Origin: Chitinophagales bacterium
Lineage (GTDB): Bacteria > Bacteroidota > Bacteroidia > Chitinophagales > LD1
DNA: 64,000 nucleotides
Assembly: GCA_046329535.1 (NCBI GenBank)
Contig: JAXLUN010000001.1
Location: 66,856-130,855, forward strand
Direction: 5' to 3'
The translations under genes and the position numbers were made by a program. This document shows, piece by piece, positions 7,929 to 17,785 of the stretch; positions within the stretch are counted from its first letter, which is position 1; each line of letters starts with the position of its first letter. The notes under the pieces were generated by a model. The model searched no databases. It saw nothing but the letters and a program-made list of their open reading frames with translations, and had not been told where the DNA came from.

Positions 7929-9176
7929 CTAAATCTCCTGTTTGATTTCTGCCGGTTTAAAGTAGAAGAAGAACACCAGCCAGGCCAGCATAGTCATCAT
8001 GGCGGCTACAATCATGGGTAATCTTACATCAAAGTTGAGCAGAAAGCCGGCAATGATTGGTGGAAAGGTAAAGGCAAAAGATTGCAGTGACTGTTGTATT
8101 CCTAAAATTTCACCTTGATTTTCTTTGGAACCCAGTGAGGAAACTATACTGGTTTGATTCGGTTGAGTTAATCCTTGAAAAACTGCCACAAAGGGATTAA
8201 TTAGATAGAGCATATAAACCTGTTCAGGTAACAGCAAAACAAGAATGGCAATGGCTGCACCAATTAAAGATACCCGAAGAATTTTTGAAGGAGTATATCG
8301 CTTGGCTAATTGTCGGGTAATACCTCCTTGTGTTACAACAATCCAAATACCCAGGTAGCCGAAAAGCAGGCCAATTTGCCGGGTACTGAAATGAAATTTT
8401 TGAAGCAGGTAAACTTGATTAAACTGCATAAAAAAACTCCAGCCAAAAGCCTGTAAAAAAATAGTTAGTAAAATCACCCGCATGTTTACCAACTGAAAAG
8501 CTTTTTTCAGATTACTAATACCGGCAAAGAGAGTCAGTTGTTTATCTTGAACCGATGGTAAAAAAGTTTCCGGGAACTGCTTGTAAACATAAAGCATGTT
8601 AAGCAGGGTGAGCAGTGCCGTGAACATTAAAGGGGTAGATGCACTAAACCAGGAAACAATCTCAGATGAGGATAGAAGACCTCCTAATGTAGGGCCCAGA
8701 ATAAAACCTAAACCAAAGGCCATACCAACGATGCCGAAATTTTTGGCTTTTTCTTCCGGTTTGCTAACATCGGCTAAGGCGGCCATAGCAATAGAAATAT
8801 TGCCCCCGGTAAATCCGGGCAAAGCACGAGCAAAAAAGAGTAACCAGATTAGTTTTAATCGGATAGCAAAGGCGAATAAAACGTAACCGATGAAGGTTCC
8901 TACCAGAGTAATTTGAAGTATCCGCTTGCGTCCGAATTTATCAGCCAATGTTCCTAAAATGGGAGCACCGAAAAATTGGAAAAAAGGATATGTTGCCGCC
9001 AGAAAACCATACATGATATTGCGTGTGTAAACTGAGGTATCCGGACTCAGAATGCTATGTTCCGGACTAAGAAATAGACCGGGTGTAATAGGAATAATAA
9101 TTCCTATACCGAGCATATCTATAAAGATGGTGATGAAGATGGCGAGAATGGGGCTGATCTTCTTTTTACTTTGCAT
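7929..9176 (-). CDS. MFS transporter (TetA/drug-H+ antiporter-like)
   Basis: There are twelve hydrophobic segments and an MFS motif, [11 protein letters not shown]. The track start at 9203 is TTG. I prefer the ATG at 9176 ([11 protein letters not shown]...). Confidence 0.8.
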   Translation of the reverse strand: MQSKKKISPILAIFITIFIDMLGIGIIIPITPGLFLSPEHSILSPDTSVYTRNIMYGFLAATYPFFQFFGAPILGTLADKFGRKRILQITLVGTFIGYVLFAFAIRLKLIWLLFFARALPGFTGGNISIAMAALADVSKPEEKAKNFGIVGMAFGLGFILGPTLGGLLSSSEIVSWFSASTPLMFTALLTLLNMLYVYKQFPETFLPSVQDKQLTLFAGISNLKKAFQLVNMRVILLTIFLQAFGWSFFMQFNQVYLLQKFHFSTRQIGLLFGYLGIWIVVTQGGITRQLAKRYTPSKILRVSLIGAAIAILVLLLPEQVYMLYLINPFVAVFQGLTQPNQTSIVSSLGSKENQGEILGIQQSLQSFAFTFPPIIAGFLLNFDVRLPMIVAAMMTMLAWLVFFFYFKPAEIKQEI

Positions 9177-9206
9177 GAAGCGAATAAATGTAAAATATAC
9201 CAACCG

Positions 9207-9728
9207 CTACTCTATTCGGATGTCTCCATGGCCTTTGTAATACACGGAATCCTGTGCATTGCTGAAACTGTAGTACAAACGGTAATACTCATTTTTTCTG
9301 AAAGCGGTGTTAGTTGTAAAGTCCAGCGGTATCCAGGTTACTCCACCGTTGAATTTATGAGTGTTGTAGTAGAGTATCTGCATCTCAGTATTAACACAGG
9401 CCAATTTCATTTTGCACGCGTATTCGCTATTTACTCCCAATATAAAAATGCCGTTACCCGGATTAGGGCAAGGTGCAGATACTTCGATCCATCCGGTCAG
9501 TGTATCAGACACCGAGAGGGTATCGTTAAATTTAAGTAGAGCACTTTCCTGGGCGGTCCAATAGCTATCAAATGTCCAGTCGGTAGAGTCGGGGTCTCCA
9601 AAAGTTACACAGTGAATATCAGTTGTAGTAAGTTTAGAAAAGTCAAGCGGTGTGGTGTTGTCTTTTTTACAGCCATTGATTGCAAGAGCCAGTAACATCA
9701 ATACAACTGTCCTGAAAGAATACATCAT
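9207..9728 (-). CDS. Hypothetical lipoprotein
   Basis: Signal peptide with lipobox LALAINGC. Its ATG directly abuts the stop of the upstream gene (TAG-ATG junction at 9731-9726). Confidence 0.65.
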   Translation of the reverse strand: MMYSFRTVVLMLLALAINGCKKDNTTPLDFSKLTTTDIHCVTFGDPDSTDWTFDSYWTAQESALLKFNDTLSVSDTLTGWIEVSAPCPNPGNGIFILGVNSEYACKMKLACVNTEMQILYYNTHKFNGGVTWIPLDFTTNTAFRKNEYYRLYYSFSNAQDSVYYKGHGDIRIE

Positions 9729-10805
9729 CTATATTTTCTGGTTCTCACTGGTGGGTGCGGTTTTCTTTTTCACGAAGCCCGAGGTGTAAACAGTAAATGT
9801 AAAGTGATTCATTACCTGTCCTTGAGCCATAGGTTGAAATCCGTAACTGAAATCAAACTGGCGGATGCGAACACCTAAGCCGAACGAAAGCCCGGGAACT
9901 CCTCTTTTTGTAGCCAGTTTTAATTCCTGTTGGCGAAGATGGTTATAGGCCACATCTATCCGAACAATTTTCTTGATATTAAACTCTACTCCGATAATCA
10001 CATGGCGGAAGAGTTTGTCGCCAATATATTTCTTGGGTTTATTCTCAGATGTGTCTGTAAAAAGATTATCCTGCTGTCTGTCTGCCGGATTGTCATAACG
10101 AATATCCCATTGGGTTAAGTGGTGAAAGGTAGCATGCAGACGAAAAGGTACGCCTTTAAATCCAAAGGAGATACCTGCCTGCAAATCGAAAGGAACAGAT
10201 TCTTTTACTCCTTTGTTATAGGCCTTGAACTGCCCACCTATATTTTTAGCTACAATGGAAGCTGTGATATTATGCGCTGTATCGTTGATGGTTACTCCCA
10301 GGTCAGCCGCCATACCAACCGAACTATACGGCCCAAGCTGAGAATAGATAAATTTGGCATTGGCACCTACCGAAAACAGACGGCCAAACTGGTACCCGTA
10401 ACCGGCATATAAGTTCATTTCACCGGCATTGAAGTTACCGGTTATGTTAGCTGCGTCATCGGTTTCCTTAAACTTACCGTAGGCAATATACTGTAAGCCG
10501 AAGCCAAAGGTGCCCGGTATTTTATTAAACCGTTTGCCATACGATACATTGCCGAAATTGATACCACCGGGATAAATTACCGTACTGAATGCTGCTTGCG
10601 TATTCATCCTTCTGTTCAATGAAGCTGGATTGGATAATTGTGTATTTATATCGTGATCCAGAATGGAAACATTGATGCCGCCCAACGAGGTGATACGCGC
10701 ATCGGGAGATAAGTTTAGAAACTGATAAGTAGAGCTACCTCCAACTTGTGCAGAAGAGAAATGATAAGCCAGTATAAGGATTAGTAATGAAAAGTTCCGT
10801 TTCAA
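9729..10805 (-). CDS. Outer-membrane beta-barrel, PorQ-like (type IX secretion associated)
   Basis: A signal peptide is followed by STYQFLNLSPDARITSLGGINVS...NPASL, which matches my memory of the PorQ N-terminal motif. The alternating beta-strand pattern ends in an aromatic-rich C-terminal region. TTG is the only possible start because a TAA lies 5 codons upstream. Confidence 0.55.
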   Translation of the reverse strand: MKRNFSLLILILAYHFSSAQVGGSSTYQFLNLSPDARITSLGGINVSILDHDINTQLSNPASLNRRMNTQAAFSTVIYPGGINFGNVSYGKRFNKIPGTFGFGLQYIAYGKFKETDDAANITGNFNAGEMNLYAGYGYQFGRLFSVGANAKFIYSQLGPYSSVGMAADLGVTINDTAHNITASIVAKNIGGQFKAYNKGVKESVPFDLQAGISFGFKGVPFRLHATFHHLTQWDIRYDNPADRQQDNLFTDTSENKPKKYIGDKLFRHVIIGVEFNIKKIVRIDVAYNHLRQQELKLATKRGVPGLSFGLGVRIRQFDFSYGFQPMAQGQVMNHFTFTVYTSGFVKKKTAPTSENQKI

Positions 10806-10897
10806 ACGATACTGTTTTTATTTGAATGCTAATAAACGGAATCGCTCTCGGAATATTATACAGCCAGGCTGATGATTGTGTAGAAAATGAGGACTAT

Positions 10898-11464
10898 CTA
10901 TTTCTTTTTACCCTTTGGTGCCAGTGTCATAAACATTTTTTTACCTTCCAGTGCGGGTAACTGCTCTACAACGGCAATGTCCTTCAACCGGTCGGCAAAC
11001 TGTAGTAACAGAAGCTCTCCACGTTCTTTAAATACAATAGCCCGACCACGAAACATAACAAAAGTACGAACCTTGTTTCCTTCTTTAAGGAAATTTTCGG
11101 CATGTTTAGCTTTAAACTCCACATCATGATCATCGGTATTAGGGGTAAAGCGAATTTCTTTAACCTCTACTTTTTTAGCATTTGCCTTAATATCTTTTTC
11201 CTTTCTTTTCTTCTCGTAAAGGAACTTATTGTAGTCAACAATTTTACAAACAGGAGGTGTTGCGTTGGGTGATATCTCTACCAAATCAAGCCCTTGTTCT
11301 ATCGCCATATCAATAGCCTGGCGGGTGTTATAAATGCCGGGGGTAATATTTTCGCCTACCAATCGAACTTCGATGGCGCGTATTTTTTCGTTAATGGAGT
11401 GTTCTGCTTCTTTTTTAAAGGGAGTTCTGCCGAAGCGGTTGTTGGGGCGTGGAGACGTACTCAA
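10898..11464 (-). CDS. infC: Translation initiation factor IF-3
   Basis: INEKIRAIEVRLVGENI...GLDLVEISPNATPPVCKIVDYNKFLYEKKRKEK matches IF-3 closely. There is no in-frame ATG near the 5' end, so the start is TTG at 11464 or another non-AUG codon. Confidence 0.95.
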   Translation of the reverse strand: MSTSPRPNNRFGRTPFKKEAEHSINEKIRAIEVRLVGENITPGIYNTRQAIDMAIEQGLDLVEISPNATPPVCKIVDYNKFLYEKKRKEKDIKANAKKVEVKEIRFTPNTDDHDVEFKAKHAENFLKEGNKVRTFVMFRGRAIVFKERGELLLLQFADRLKDIAVVEQLPALEGKKMFMTLAPKGKKK

Positions 11465-11552
11465 ATGTTTGTTGGTTTTATTTTATAATTCTGAAGCAAA
11501 GGTAATAAAACATATCATAGCGTAAAACAGTGCAAGCACTTCCTTTACTACA

Positions 11553-11840
11553 TTATTTGAATTTAGCCGTCTTATCTTCGGCCAGTATGTTTTTTCCTCC
11601 GCACAAATGCATTTTCGTGTAAATCAGAAATTGAATTTCATGCTGGCTGTAACAAAAATCGTGTAACTGTTTTATTACTTCATTCACCACTTCGTATTCC
11701 CCTTCCAGCACGGTATCTAACGGTCCAACGGTATAGCTGATCCCAGAACGCTGAATAATGGCTATGGCCTCATCTACTACTGCAAAAGCTTGAGTTATTG
11801 GAGTAAGCGGAACAACCTGAATGGCTGCATTGACTATCAT
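11553..11840 (-). CDS. MTH1187/YkoF-type thiamine-binding protein (DUF77)
   Basis: The 95-aa protein carries the characteristic family pattern AIQVVPL...SGISYTVGPLDTVLEGEY. Confidence 0.7.
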   Translation of the reverse strand: MIVNAAIQVVPLTPITQAFAVVDEAIAIIQRSGISYTVGPLDTVLEGEYEVVNEVIKQLHDFCYSQHEIQFLIYTKMHLCGGKNILAEDKTAKFK

Positions 11841-11846
11841 GGAGAT

Positions 11847-12788
11847 TTACTTGGTTATTTCGTAGATATCCTTAGGCGTGTTCAGGTCATCTACGGTGTA
11901 ATACTGAAAAGTCATTTTGGTTTTGGTGGCAATTACCTTAATAGCCCCGAAATGTGAATTATCGCAGTTGGAGAGTGTCAAACGGGCAGGGTCTAAGGGA
12001 TTCGCTGTGCAGCTATACAGGTTTTCATTTCCACTATTGCCTATAATTATATAAACAGGTTTTGCATCAGCTGTTTCATTGATACGCGCATAAAAATGTT
12101 CGTGCCCCCCCAATACTGCATCGGCACCCCAGTTTTTGTACGGAAATTGCATAGCAGTTGCACTACCGTGCGGTCCGGGAGAGAAAGGTGGATGATGGAA
12201 GTAAACCACCTTAAACGATTCAGTAGCTGCGGCCAGCCTGCTTTGTAGCCAGTCTTTTGTCGATGAATCTACATTGCCGTTTTTACCGGTGTTGAGAGAG
12301 AAAAAATGAACCGGTCCCCAAACAAATTCGTAGTTGCGCTCATCGCCCGGCAGGGTGAAGTAATCCAGGTAAGGTTTAATAGCGGGAACCGAATAATTAT
12401 CATGGTTGCCCGGTGCCGGGAAAAAACGATTCTTCTTTTCCTGAGCTGCTGGACCGGTGCAGATGCGGTCGGCAGGGGCATCGGGGTTATAAATGAAATC
12501 GCCATAGTGTTTGCCTACATTGGCTACAATAGTTCCGGCACTGCCCAGCGGGTAGTTATTATCACCAACGGTCACAATAAACTCCGGATTCCAGCTTTTT
12601 ACCATTTGCGCAACTTCCGCTTCTTTCGGACTATCCTGTCCGTAATCGCCAATGATAGCGTAGGTCACAGAATCTGATTTTTGATTGGTTTCTTTCCCGG
12701 CAAAAGGAGAGTCTATGGGTAGTTTGGCGCATGAGCTTTGCAGCACCAGCGAGGCACTCAATACAGATAGGGAAAGGTAACGAAACAT
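11847..12788 (-). CDS. Secreted metallophosphoesterase (calcineurin-like)
   Basis: A signal peptide and the motifs GDYG, GDNNY, GNHD, HHPP and GHEH. Confidence 0.8.
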   Translation of the reverse strand: MFRYLSLSVLSASLVLQSSCAKLPIDSPFAGKETNQKSDSVTYAIIGDYGQDSPKEAEVAQMVKSWNPEFIVTVGDNNYPLGSAGTIVANVGKHYGDFIYNPDAPADRICTGPAAQEKKNRFFPAPGNHDNYSVPAIKPYLDYFTLPGDERNYEFVWGPVHFFSLNTGKNGNVDSSTKDWLQSRLAAATESFKVVYFHHPPFSPGPHGSATAMQFPYKNWGADAVLGGHEHFYARINETADAKPVYIIIGNSGNENLYSCTANPLDPARLTLSNCDNSHFGAIKVIATKTKMTFQYYTVDDLNTPKDIYEITK

Positions 12789-12930
12789 AAGTTGTTTTAA
12801 GAGGCGCTAAGATAGTAAAGTACAAGTCCCTTCCTGATAAAATTTGTGTTCACCAAAAGAATAGTTTTTTGTTTCTTGATTCTATTCATGTTTTATAAAC
12901 CGTTTCTAACTTCTACCTTCGTTACAAACA

Positions 12931-14835
12931 ATGTTTATGCAGCAGATAACTACGTTGGAACAATACCACCAAGCCTACGCAGAAAGCATCGCGAATCCCG
13001 AACAGTTTTGGGGCCGGGTGGCCGAAAGTTTTACCTGGCGAAAGAAATGGGACCGCGTGCTGCAATGGAACTTTAACGAGCCGAAGGTAGAATGGTTTGC
13101 CGGTGCTGAATGTAACCTTACTGAAAACTCTTTAGATCGCCATTTGCCCGAGCGTGCCAACCAGATAGCCCTCATCTGGGAGCCCAATAACCCGAATGAA
13201 ACTTCGCGCAGTTTAACTTATGCTCAGTTGCATGCAGAAGTATGCCGACTGGCTAATGTGTTAATTCAAATGGGGGTGCAGCGGGGACACCGCGTGTGTA
13301 TTTATTTGCCCATGATACCGGAAGCAGCGGTGGCCATGCTGGCTTGCGCGCGTATTGGCGCCATCCATTCGGTGGTGTTTGCGGGTTTTTCTTCTACCTC
13401 TTTAGCCGACCGCATCAACGATAGTCAATGCTCTGTGCTGCTAACGGCCGATGCAGTTTACCGGGCAGAGAAGAAGATAGACCTCAAAAAAATTGCCGAT
13501 GAAGCCATGGCCGTTTCGCCTTCCATTGAAAAATGTGTAGTGTTTAATCATCGTAACTCGGCTGTTAACATGAAACCCGGTCGTGACCTATGGTGGAGTG
13601 ATTTGATAAAAAATGTTTCGTCTGAACATCAGCCCGCCCCCATGCAGGCTGAAGATCCACTGTTTATACTATATACATCAGGTAGCACCGGCAAGCCTAA
13701 AGGGGTTCTGCATACTACTGCTGGATATATGGTGTATGTAGCCTATACTTTTTTAAATGTATTCAACTACCGCGAAAGGGAAGTATTCTTCTGCACTGCC
13801 GATGTGGGTTGGGTAACGGGACATTCGTATCTGCTTTATGGCCCTTTGTTGAACGGAGGTACTACGGTCATGTTTGAGGGCATTCCCACATATCCTGATC
13901 ACGGCCGTTTTTGGGATATCGTAGATAAGCATCGGGTGAATATTCTTTATACGGCTCCTACAGCTATCCGCTCGCTGCAAAGCTATGGGGAGGAAATATT
14001 CCTTACCAAAAACCTTTCCTCTCTGCGTATTCTTGGTTCGGTAGGTGAGCCTATTAACGAGGAGGCGTGGCATTGGTATCACCGGTATGCTGGCAAGGAG
14101 CAATGTCCTATAGTCGACACTTGGTGGCAGACCGAAACAGGTGGTATTCTCATTTCACCGCTGGCGCATGTAACACCATTGAAACCGGCCTTTGCAACCC
14201 TTCCTTTGCCGGGAGTACAACCGGTTTTAATGAATGAAATAGGACAGGAGATATCCGGTAATGGAGTAGAAGGTAACTTATGCATTAAGGCCCCTTGGCC
14301 TGGTATGTCGCGTACGGTGTATGGAGACCATGAGCGCCACCGGCAAACTTATTTTTCGGCTTATCCCGGCTATTACTTTACTGGTGACGGTGCCCGCAGA
14401 GATGAAGATGGCTACTACCGCATTACAGGCCGGGTGGATGATGTAATTAATGTTTCGGGACACCGTATTGGTACGGGTGAAATTGAAGATGCTATTGATG
14501 AACACGATTGGGTGATTGAAACGGCTGTGGTGGGTTATCCGCACGACTTGAAAGGACAAGGTATTTATGCTTTTGTTATTTGCGGTCGGATAGTGCTCAA
14601 TGAAGAGGATCTGCGCAACGAGATAAAACGAGGCGTGGCCGAAAAGATTGGTCCTTTTGCACGCCCGGATAAAATACAGGTGGTGAGCGGACTACCTAAA
14701 ACCCGCAGCGGAAAAATTATGCGCAGAATTCTTCGCAAAATTGCTGAGGGCGATACCTCTAACCTGGGCGATATCTCTACTCTGCTAGACCCTTCAGTAG
14801 TGGATCAGATTGTGGCAGGGGCTACTAAAATATAA
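12931..14835 (+). CDS. acs: Acetyl-CoA synthetase
   Basis: 634 aa with the AMP-binding motif YTSGSTGKPKG, WWQTETGG, and the typical C-terminal PKTRSGKIMRR. Confidence 0.95.
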   Translation: MFMQQITTLEQYHQAYAESIANPEQFWGRVAESFTWRKKWDRVLQWNFNEPKVEWFAGAECNLTENSLDRHLPERANQIALIWEPNNPNETSRSLTYAQLHAEVCRLANVLIQMGVQRGHRVCIYLPMIPEAAVAMLACARIGAIHSVVFAGFSSTSLADRINDSQCSVLLTADAVYRAEKKIDLKKIADEAMAVSPSIEKCVVFNHRNSAVNMKPGRDLWWSDLIKNVSSEHQPAPMQAEDPLFILYTSGSTGKPKGVLHTTAGYMVYVAYTFLNVFNYREREVFFCTADVGWVTGHSYLLYGPLLNGGTTVMFEGIPTYPDHGRFWDIVDKHRVNILYTAPTAIRSLQSYGEEIFLTKNLSSLRILGSVGEPINEEAWHWYHRYAGKEQCPIVDTWWQTETGGILISPLAHVTPLKPAFATLPLPGVQPVLMNEIGQEISGNGVEGNLCIKAPWPGMSRTVYGDHERHRQTYFSAYPGYYFTGDGARRDEDGYYRITGRVDDVINVSGHRIGTGEIEDAIDEHDWVIETAVVGYPHDLKGQGIYAFVICGRIVLNEEDLRNEIKRGVAEKIGPFARPDKIQVVSGLPKTRSGKIMRRILRKIAEGDTSNLGDISTLLDPSVVDQIVAGATKI

Positions 14836-14854
14836 ACGCTAGTTGACGGTTGTT

Positions 14855-15250
14855 ATGATTTTCCTGAAAGCACTCTCCATCTGGTTATTATTAATGTTTT
14901 TGGAAACCTTGCATGGCACTGCCCGCATACTACTGCTGGTTCCACTTGTAGGCGATTTTCGCGCGCGGCAGGTTACCGTATTTACCGGAGCGCTGCTCGT
15001 TTTTGCCATCACCACTCTATTCATTCGCTGGTTAAAACCCTCTGATGGTAAACAGTGCTTGTCCATCGGAGCGATGTGGGTGCTGCTCACTTTGTGTTTC
15101 GAAATTGGTTTGGGGCTTTATGTATTTGGCATGACCACACAACGCATTCTGGAAGACTATAACTTACCCGCAGGTGGTCTAATGCCTATCGGACTGTTGC
15201 TTATGTTTCTGACCCCTCTGTTGGCTGCTAAACTTAGAGAAGTGGTGTAG
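14855..15250 (+). CDS. Small hypothetical membrane protein
   Basis: Four hydrophobic segments. The track start at 14843 is TTG, and I prefer the ATG at 14855. Confidence 0.55.
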   Translation: MIFLKALSIWLLLMFLETLHGTARILLLVPLVGDFRARQVTVFTGALLVFAITTLFIRWLKPSDGKQCLSIGAMWVLLTLCFEIGLGLYVFGMTTQRILEDYNLPAGGLMPIGLLLMFLTPLLAAKLREVV

Positions 15251-15456
15251 ATTAAGAAAAACAGGATGAAGGATTAGTTGATTACACTGAAGACAATATC
15301 CTTAGCAGTTTTAATACGGATCTCAGAAATTAATGCCCAAGCCAATTTACCTGTTGAGGAAGTGGGCTATTGAAAGCCAAATTCACTTCAATACTTTTGT
15401 AATGTATTTTCTCAACCTAGTAGATTTCTACTCTTTTTTTGTTTTAGATCATCTGC

Positions 15457-16605
15457 TTATTTCAACAAATTTCGTGCAATCAACTCCTTCATTATCTCAT
15501 TGGTCCCTGCATAAATACGCTGTACACGGGCATCGGCCCAGGCGCGGGCTACCTGATACTCCCAGATATAGCCATATCCTCCATGAAGTTGCAGACACTC
15601 ATCGGCAGCTTTGCTTTGCAGGTCGGTAAGCCAGTATTTAGCCATGGAGGCAGTGGCTTGGTCCAGTTTCTTTTCGCAGTGCAGTTCTACACAACGGTCC
15701 ACAAAAGTTCTGCCCACAGTTACTTCGGTAGCTACTTCGGCCAGTTTGAAACGGGTGTTTTGCAGTTCACTGATTGATTTGCCAAAGGCCATACGCTCTT
15801 TGGTATATTGAACGGTTGCTTCCAATACACCTTCGGCTGCACCAATAGCAGAAAGCGCCACTACCAATCTTTCCTGGCTCAGTTCAGTCATCAGATACTT
15901 GAACCCTTCCCCTTCTTTGCCCAATAAATTTTCTTTCGGTACTTCTACATTTTCAAAAAATAACTCGCATGTATCCTGTGCATGAAGGCCTATTTTTTCG
16001 AATGGTTTACCTTTGGTAAATCCTTTCATACCAGTGTCCATCACCAGTAGTGAAATTCCCTTAGCTCCCTTGGTAGGGTCAGTTTTTACGGCCACCACAC
16101 ATACATCGCTCAGATAACCGTTGGTAATAAAAGTTTTAGAACCATTTACCAGATAATAATCGCCTTTATCTACAGCCGTGGCTCTCATACCCTGCAAATC
16201 GCTACCGGCACCGGGTTCGGTCATGGCTATAGATGCAATCCATTCACCAGTAACCAGTTTTGGCAGATATTTTTTTTTGGTGGCTTCATTGCCGTAGTGT
16301 TCAATATATGGAGTTACAATATCGGAGTGTAATGGGTAACCCACAGCCGGACCTGCAGCACCGGTTTTAGAAAGCTCTTCGGTAACAATGGCGTTGTAAC
16401 GAAAATCTTGAATGCCCAGTCCGCCATACTCTTCGGCTACCTGCATACATAAGAAACCAGCTTCGCCAAACTTCAGCCAGCTCTCGCGGCTAACCATTTG
16501 TGCTTTTTCCCATTTGGCATTGTTGGGGGTAATTTCTTTGGCAATAAAATCGCGCACACTTTGCGCAAACATCTGGTGTTCTTCGTTATATATGTTTCTT
16601 AACAT
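15457..16605 (-). CDS. Acyl-CoA dehydrogenase
   Basis: 382 aa. ACAD motifs include AMTEPGAGSD and a C-terminal QLHGGYGY...RIYAGTNEI. Confidence 0.9.
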   Translation of the reverse strand: MLRNIYNEEHQMFAQSVRDFIAKEITPNNAKWEKAQMVSRESWLKFGEAGFLCMQVAEEYGGLGIQDFRYNAIVTEELSKTGAAGPAVGYPLHSDIVTPYIEHYGNEATKKKYLPKLVTGEWIASIAMTEPGAGSDLQGMRATAVDKGDYYLVNGSKTFITNGYLSDVCVVAVKTDPTKGAKGISLLVMDTGMKGFTKGKPFEKIGLHAQDTCELFFENVEVPKENLLGKEGEGFKYLMTELSQERLVVALSAIGAAEGVLEATVQYTKERMAFGKSISELQNTRFKLAEVATEVTVGRTFVDRCVELHCEKKLDQATASMAKYWLTDLQSKAADECLQLHGGYGYIWEYQVARAWADARVQRIYAGTNEIMKELIARNLLK

Positions 16606-16677
16606 GAGGCATGTTTTTAAGTGGGTGTAATGATAGATAAAAATAGATTGCTCAAGTAGGCTGTGCGGCAGAAGTTT

Positions 16678-17031
16678 TTACTGTTTACCGTCTTCCCAAT
16701 CGGCTGTTTTTTTTGCTAATGTCTGCGCAAATTTTTTCATTTCTTCTACAGCATACGGGTTGCCGGTGGCTTTTGCGTAGCTTTCGCTCATGCTCAGCAG
16801 GGTTTGAAAAAAGTGGCTGTGCATTTCATCGGTGGTCATATCGTTGGTCCACAAATCTATTTTCAGGGTTTGATTCTGCACCATATCCCAGATAGAGATC
16901 ATAATGCTTTTACAATCGCGCAGCTCATTGTTTTTGCTGTCGGTGGCCATCCATTTAATATCAAGTGGAACATTCTTGCTGTCCAGGCCCACTTTGAAAC
17001 GTATCTCAGATGTTTTAACTACTTCGCTCAT
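16678..17031 (-). CDS. gldC: Gliding motility protein GldC
   Basis: SEIRFKVGLD...VPLDIKW...SIMISIWD...QTLKIDLWTNDMTTDEM..FFQTL aligns with my recollection of Flavobacterium GldC. Confidence 0.8.
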   Translation of the reverse strand: MSEVVKTSEIRFKVGLDSKNVPLDIKWMATDSKNNELRDCKSIMISIWDMVQNQTLKIDLWTNDMTTDEMHSHFFQTLLSMSESYAKATGNPYAVEEMKKFAQTLAKKTADWEDGKQ

Positions 17032-17064
17032 TTTTAATACTGTTTATTTTTAATAGATAATAGA

Positions 17065-17676
17065 TTAATGGTTCCATCGCTTCATCAGTTCATATAACTC
17101 TTGCTGGATACTTCTGGTCATATCTTCAGCATACCAGGCATGTATTTTTCGTACACTCTCGCGATAATCAAAGTGTGCTGAGTCTTTAAATTCCATTACC
17201 AGCCGCTGTAATACTTCAGGCCGTGGCCCCCAGGTGCCTACTTCCTGTAAACTGCTTTTGCGCACACAAACCAATTTTGGAATAGATTCACTCCCTTTAG
17301 TGTGATAATGATCCATTACTTCCGGATTTGAATCGCGCAGTAAAATGCGAAACTCAATATGACCGCTACATTGCGCAATCATAGCCAAAGCCGGTGTGCT
17401 CCAGCTGGCATCTCCACACCAGGGTTCGCTGATAACTACCCAAACCCAATCCTCTTTCAGGTCCGATAAGGCATTGTAAAGTTTCTGATTCAAAACAATA
17501 TTCTCCATTACCCGGTTCATGCGTTCCAGATTAGATCGGGTGTAACGGAATGTGCTGTCATTGCTATAAATGCCTAAGCGAGGTATTTTCTCTTCCAGAA
17601 TATCTTGAGTTAGTTGCAGATAATCTTCAAAAGAAATGGTTTTGTTCAGGTAAGCGGAAATGACAGAGGCGTTCAT
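17065..17676 (-). CDS. Thioredoxin-fold family protein
   Basis: It has a WCGD redox-like motif. I trimmed the start to the ATG at 17676 because the track start at 17787 would overlap the divergent reductase gene. Confidence 0.7.
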   Translation of the reverse strand: MNASVISAYLNKTISFEDYLQLTQDILEEKIPRLGIYSNDSTFRYTRSNLERMNRVMENIVLNQKLYNALSDLKEDWVWVVISEPWCGDASWSTPALAMIAQCSGHIEFRILLRDSNPEVMDHYHTKGSESIPKLVCVRKSSLQEVGTWGPRPEVLQRLVMEFKDSAHFDYRESVRKIHAWYAEDMTRSIQQELYELMKRWNH

Positions 17677-17785
17677 GAGGCGGCAAATATAACAGGATTG
17701 ATTATTGATAATCAGTTGGCAATTTTGGGTTTGTTTATTGCGCGCCTCTTTTACCTTCGTCATTACTAACCATAAAAATACAACC

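Noticed and set aside
12269-12677. ORFs 12306..12677 (plus, 123 aa) and 12269..12505 (minus, alternative frame) within the metallophosphoesterase gene
   Set aside because: They are embedded in a gene that carries all five metallophosphoesterase motifs, and there is no independent support for them.
15419-15440. A weak AGTAG-ATTT-CTACT hairpin plus T7 considered as terminator of the 14855..15250 gene
   Set aside because: The stem is only 5 bp and AT-rich, which is too weak to call from sequence alone.
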